In this document: positions 63,136-64,000 of the stretch, one piece after another | Layout: each line of letters begins with the position of its first letter | How positions within the stretch are numbered: position 1 is the stretch's first letter | DNA from: Fidelibacterota bacterium | Lineage (GTDB): Bacteria > Fidelibacterota > Marinisomatia > Marinisomatales > Marinisomataceae | Direction of reading: 5' to 3' | Assembly: GCA_965212055.1 (NCBI GenBank) | Contig: OZ243041.1 | Location: forward strand, 512,001-576,000 | Length of the DNA: 64,000 nucleotides | Program-made: the position numbers and the translations under genes | Notes under the pieces: generated by a model | What the model saw: the letters and a program-made list of their open reading frames with translations, nothing else | Database searches by the model: none | What the model was told of the DNA's origin: nothing

Positions 63136-63918
63136 TTATCCATCTGTTCTTTCAGGATTTTGGAATGACCAATAACCGAGTGCTACTATAATTAATCCTA
63201 ACATCCAAAACGTACCATAATTATACGATGGTTCAGAGAATAAGATTAAATCATTAAAACGCCCAATTAGCAGAGAAATTCGGCCCATGACAGCAAACCC
63301 AAAGGATGCACCAAAACTAATCATTAGAAAGTAAACTCCTAAACGTGTGAAACGTCCATAAGCTCCAGACTGCTCTCTTGAGAAATAAAAATACATTAGA
63401 GCACTTATTGTGCCGATAAAAATAACAATATTATTGAAAATACTAGGTCCAGACATTGCAAAAAATGCTAATTCTCCACTGAATAAATCTACTGCAGTAG
63501 ATTTAACCTGACTGATAACATTGGAGCTTAAATATCCAAACGCTTTCAATCCAGCAGCAATTCCAACCGTATAAGCAATACCCCATCGTGCCATCCAATT
63601 AACCTGTTTGAATACACTCAATAGCATCATAATGCCTAAAAGCAACGGAAAGAAATATAAACCATTGTATTCATGGCCCTTATCAATAACATACATGTTT
63701 GCAAATGGACTATCTACAGCAAATAACCTACCAAATAAATTAGGATAAATTTGAGTCCAATAAAATGTGGCAGCCCAATAAGCAGCAGATACACCAACAA
63801 ATACATGTTCGGCTATCTTGTAAAATGGATTATCTCTATAGAGATATGAGAAAATTCCTAACGTAAGAAATGCAGCAATCCAAGCACCGAGTATTGTTGA
63901 AAACGACAGCTGTTCCAT
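63136..63918 (-). CDS. Conserved hypothetical polytopic membrane protein
   Basis: FLTLGIFSYLYRDNPFYKIAEHVFVGVSA, YFYFS, FLMISFGASFGFAVMGRISLLIGR. Confidence 0.85.
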   Translation of the reverse strand: MEQLSFSTILGAWIAAFLTLGIFSYLYRDNPFYKIAEHVFVGVSAAYWAATFYWTQIYPNLFGRLFAVDSPFANMYVIDKGHEYNGLYFFPLLLGIMMLLSVFKQVNWMARWGIAYTVGIAAGLKAFGYLSSNVISQVKSTAVDLFSGELAFFAMSGPSIFNNIVIFIGTISALMYFYFSREQSGAYGRFTRLGVYFLMISFGASFGFAVMGRISLLIGRFNDLILFSEPSYNYGTFWMLGLIIVALGYWSFQNPERTDG

Positions 63919-63999
63919 TTAGTATTTCCTCTCTCTTCGTTCGGTAATAAAGTAAGCTAAATTTCCCAAAATGATAAATAGGACAATAACAAGATGTCC
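63919..63999 (-). CDS. Membrane protein, C-terminal fragment (runs off window end)
   Basis: GHLVIVLFIILGNLAYFITERRERKY*; its TAA abuts the next ATG. Confidence 0.7.
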   Translation of the reverse strand, partial: GHLVIVLFIILGNLAYFITERRERKY

Positions 64000-64000
64000 A

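Overview
A gene-dense, AT-rich bacterial chromosome segment. The FCB-type proteins and streamlined layout suggest a marine Marinimicrobia/SAR406-like genome; this is an inference and needs a phylogeny. Core blocks are thrS'-infC-rpmI-rplT-pheS-pheT-zapA-folD (+), leuS, nusA-infB-rbfA-truB-ribF-rpsO-pnp-ald (-), rnhB-lepB, dnaX-ebfC-recR-pgsA-pgpA-cinA-recA (-) and lat-rsmI-tmk-ctpA (-), plus tRNA-Leu(CAA) and tRNA-Val(GAC). Accessory hydrolases, oxidoreductases and secreted hypothetical proteins lie between them. No integrase, transposase, CRISPR array or reverse transcriptase was seen. The most striking signal is a Na+/alanine-glycine (AgcS-family) symporter carrying an inserted domain that aligns by eye with domain III of translation initiation factor IF2, whose gene is also in this window. 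Other unusual points are a ~95-aa insertion in PheT B5, a DnaX lacking its Zn-binding cysteines, a Cys-rich insert in lysine 6-transaminase, a cupin gene starting 3 nt after a tRNA, a CADD-type pABA synthase, and the edge of an uncharacterised membrane-protein cluster. Several frameshifts and two scrambled stretches (recA 3' end; 54.4-56.2 kb) look like error-prone long-read consensus, so apparent pseudogenes here should be treated with suspicion.
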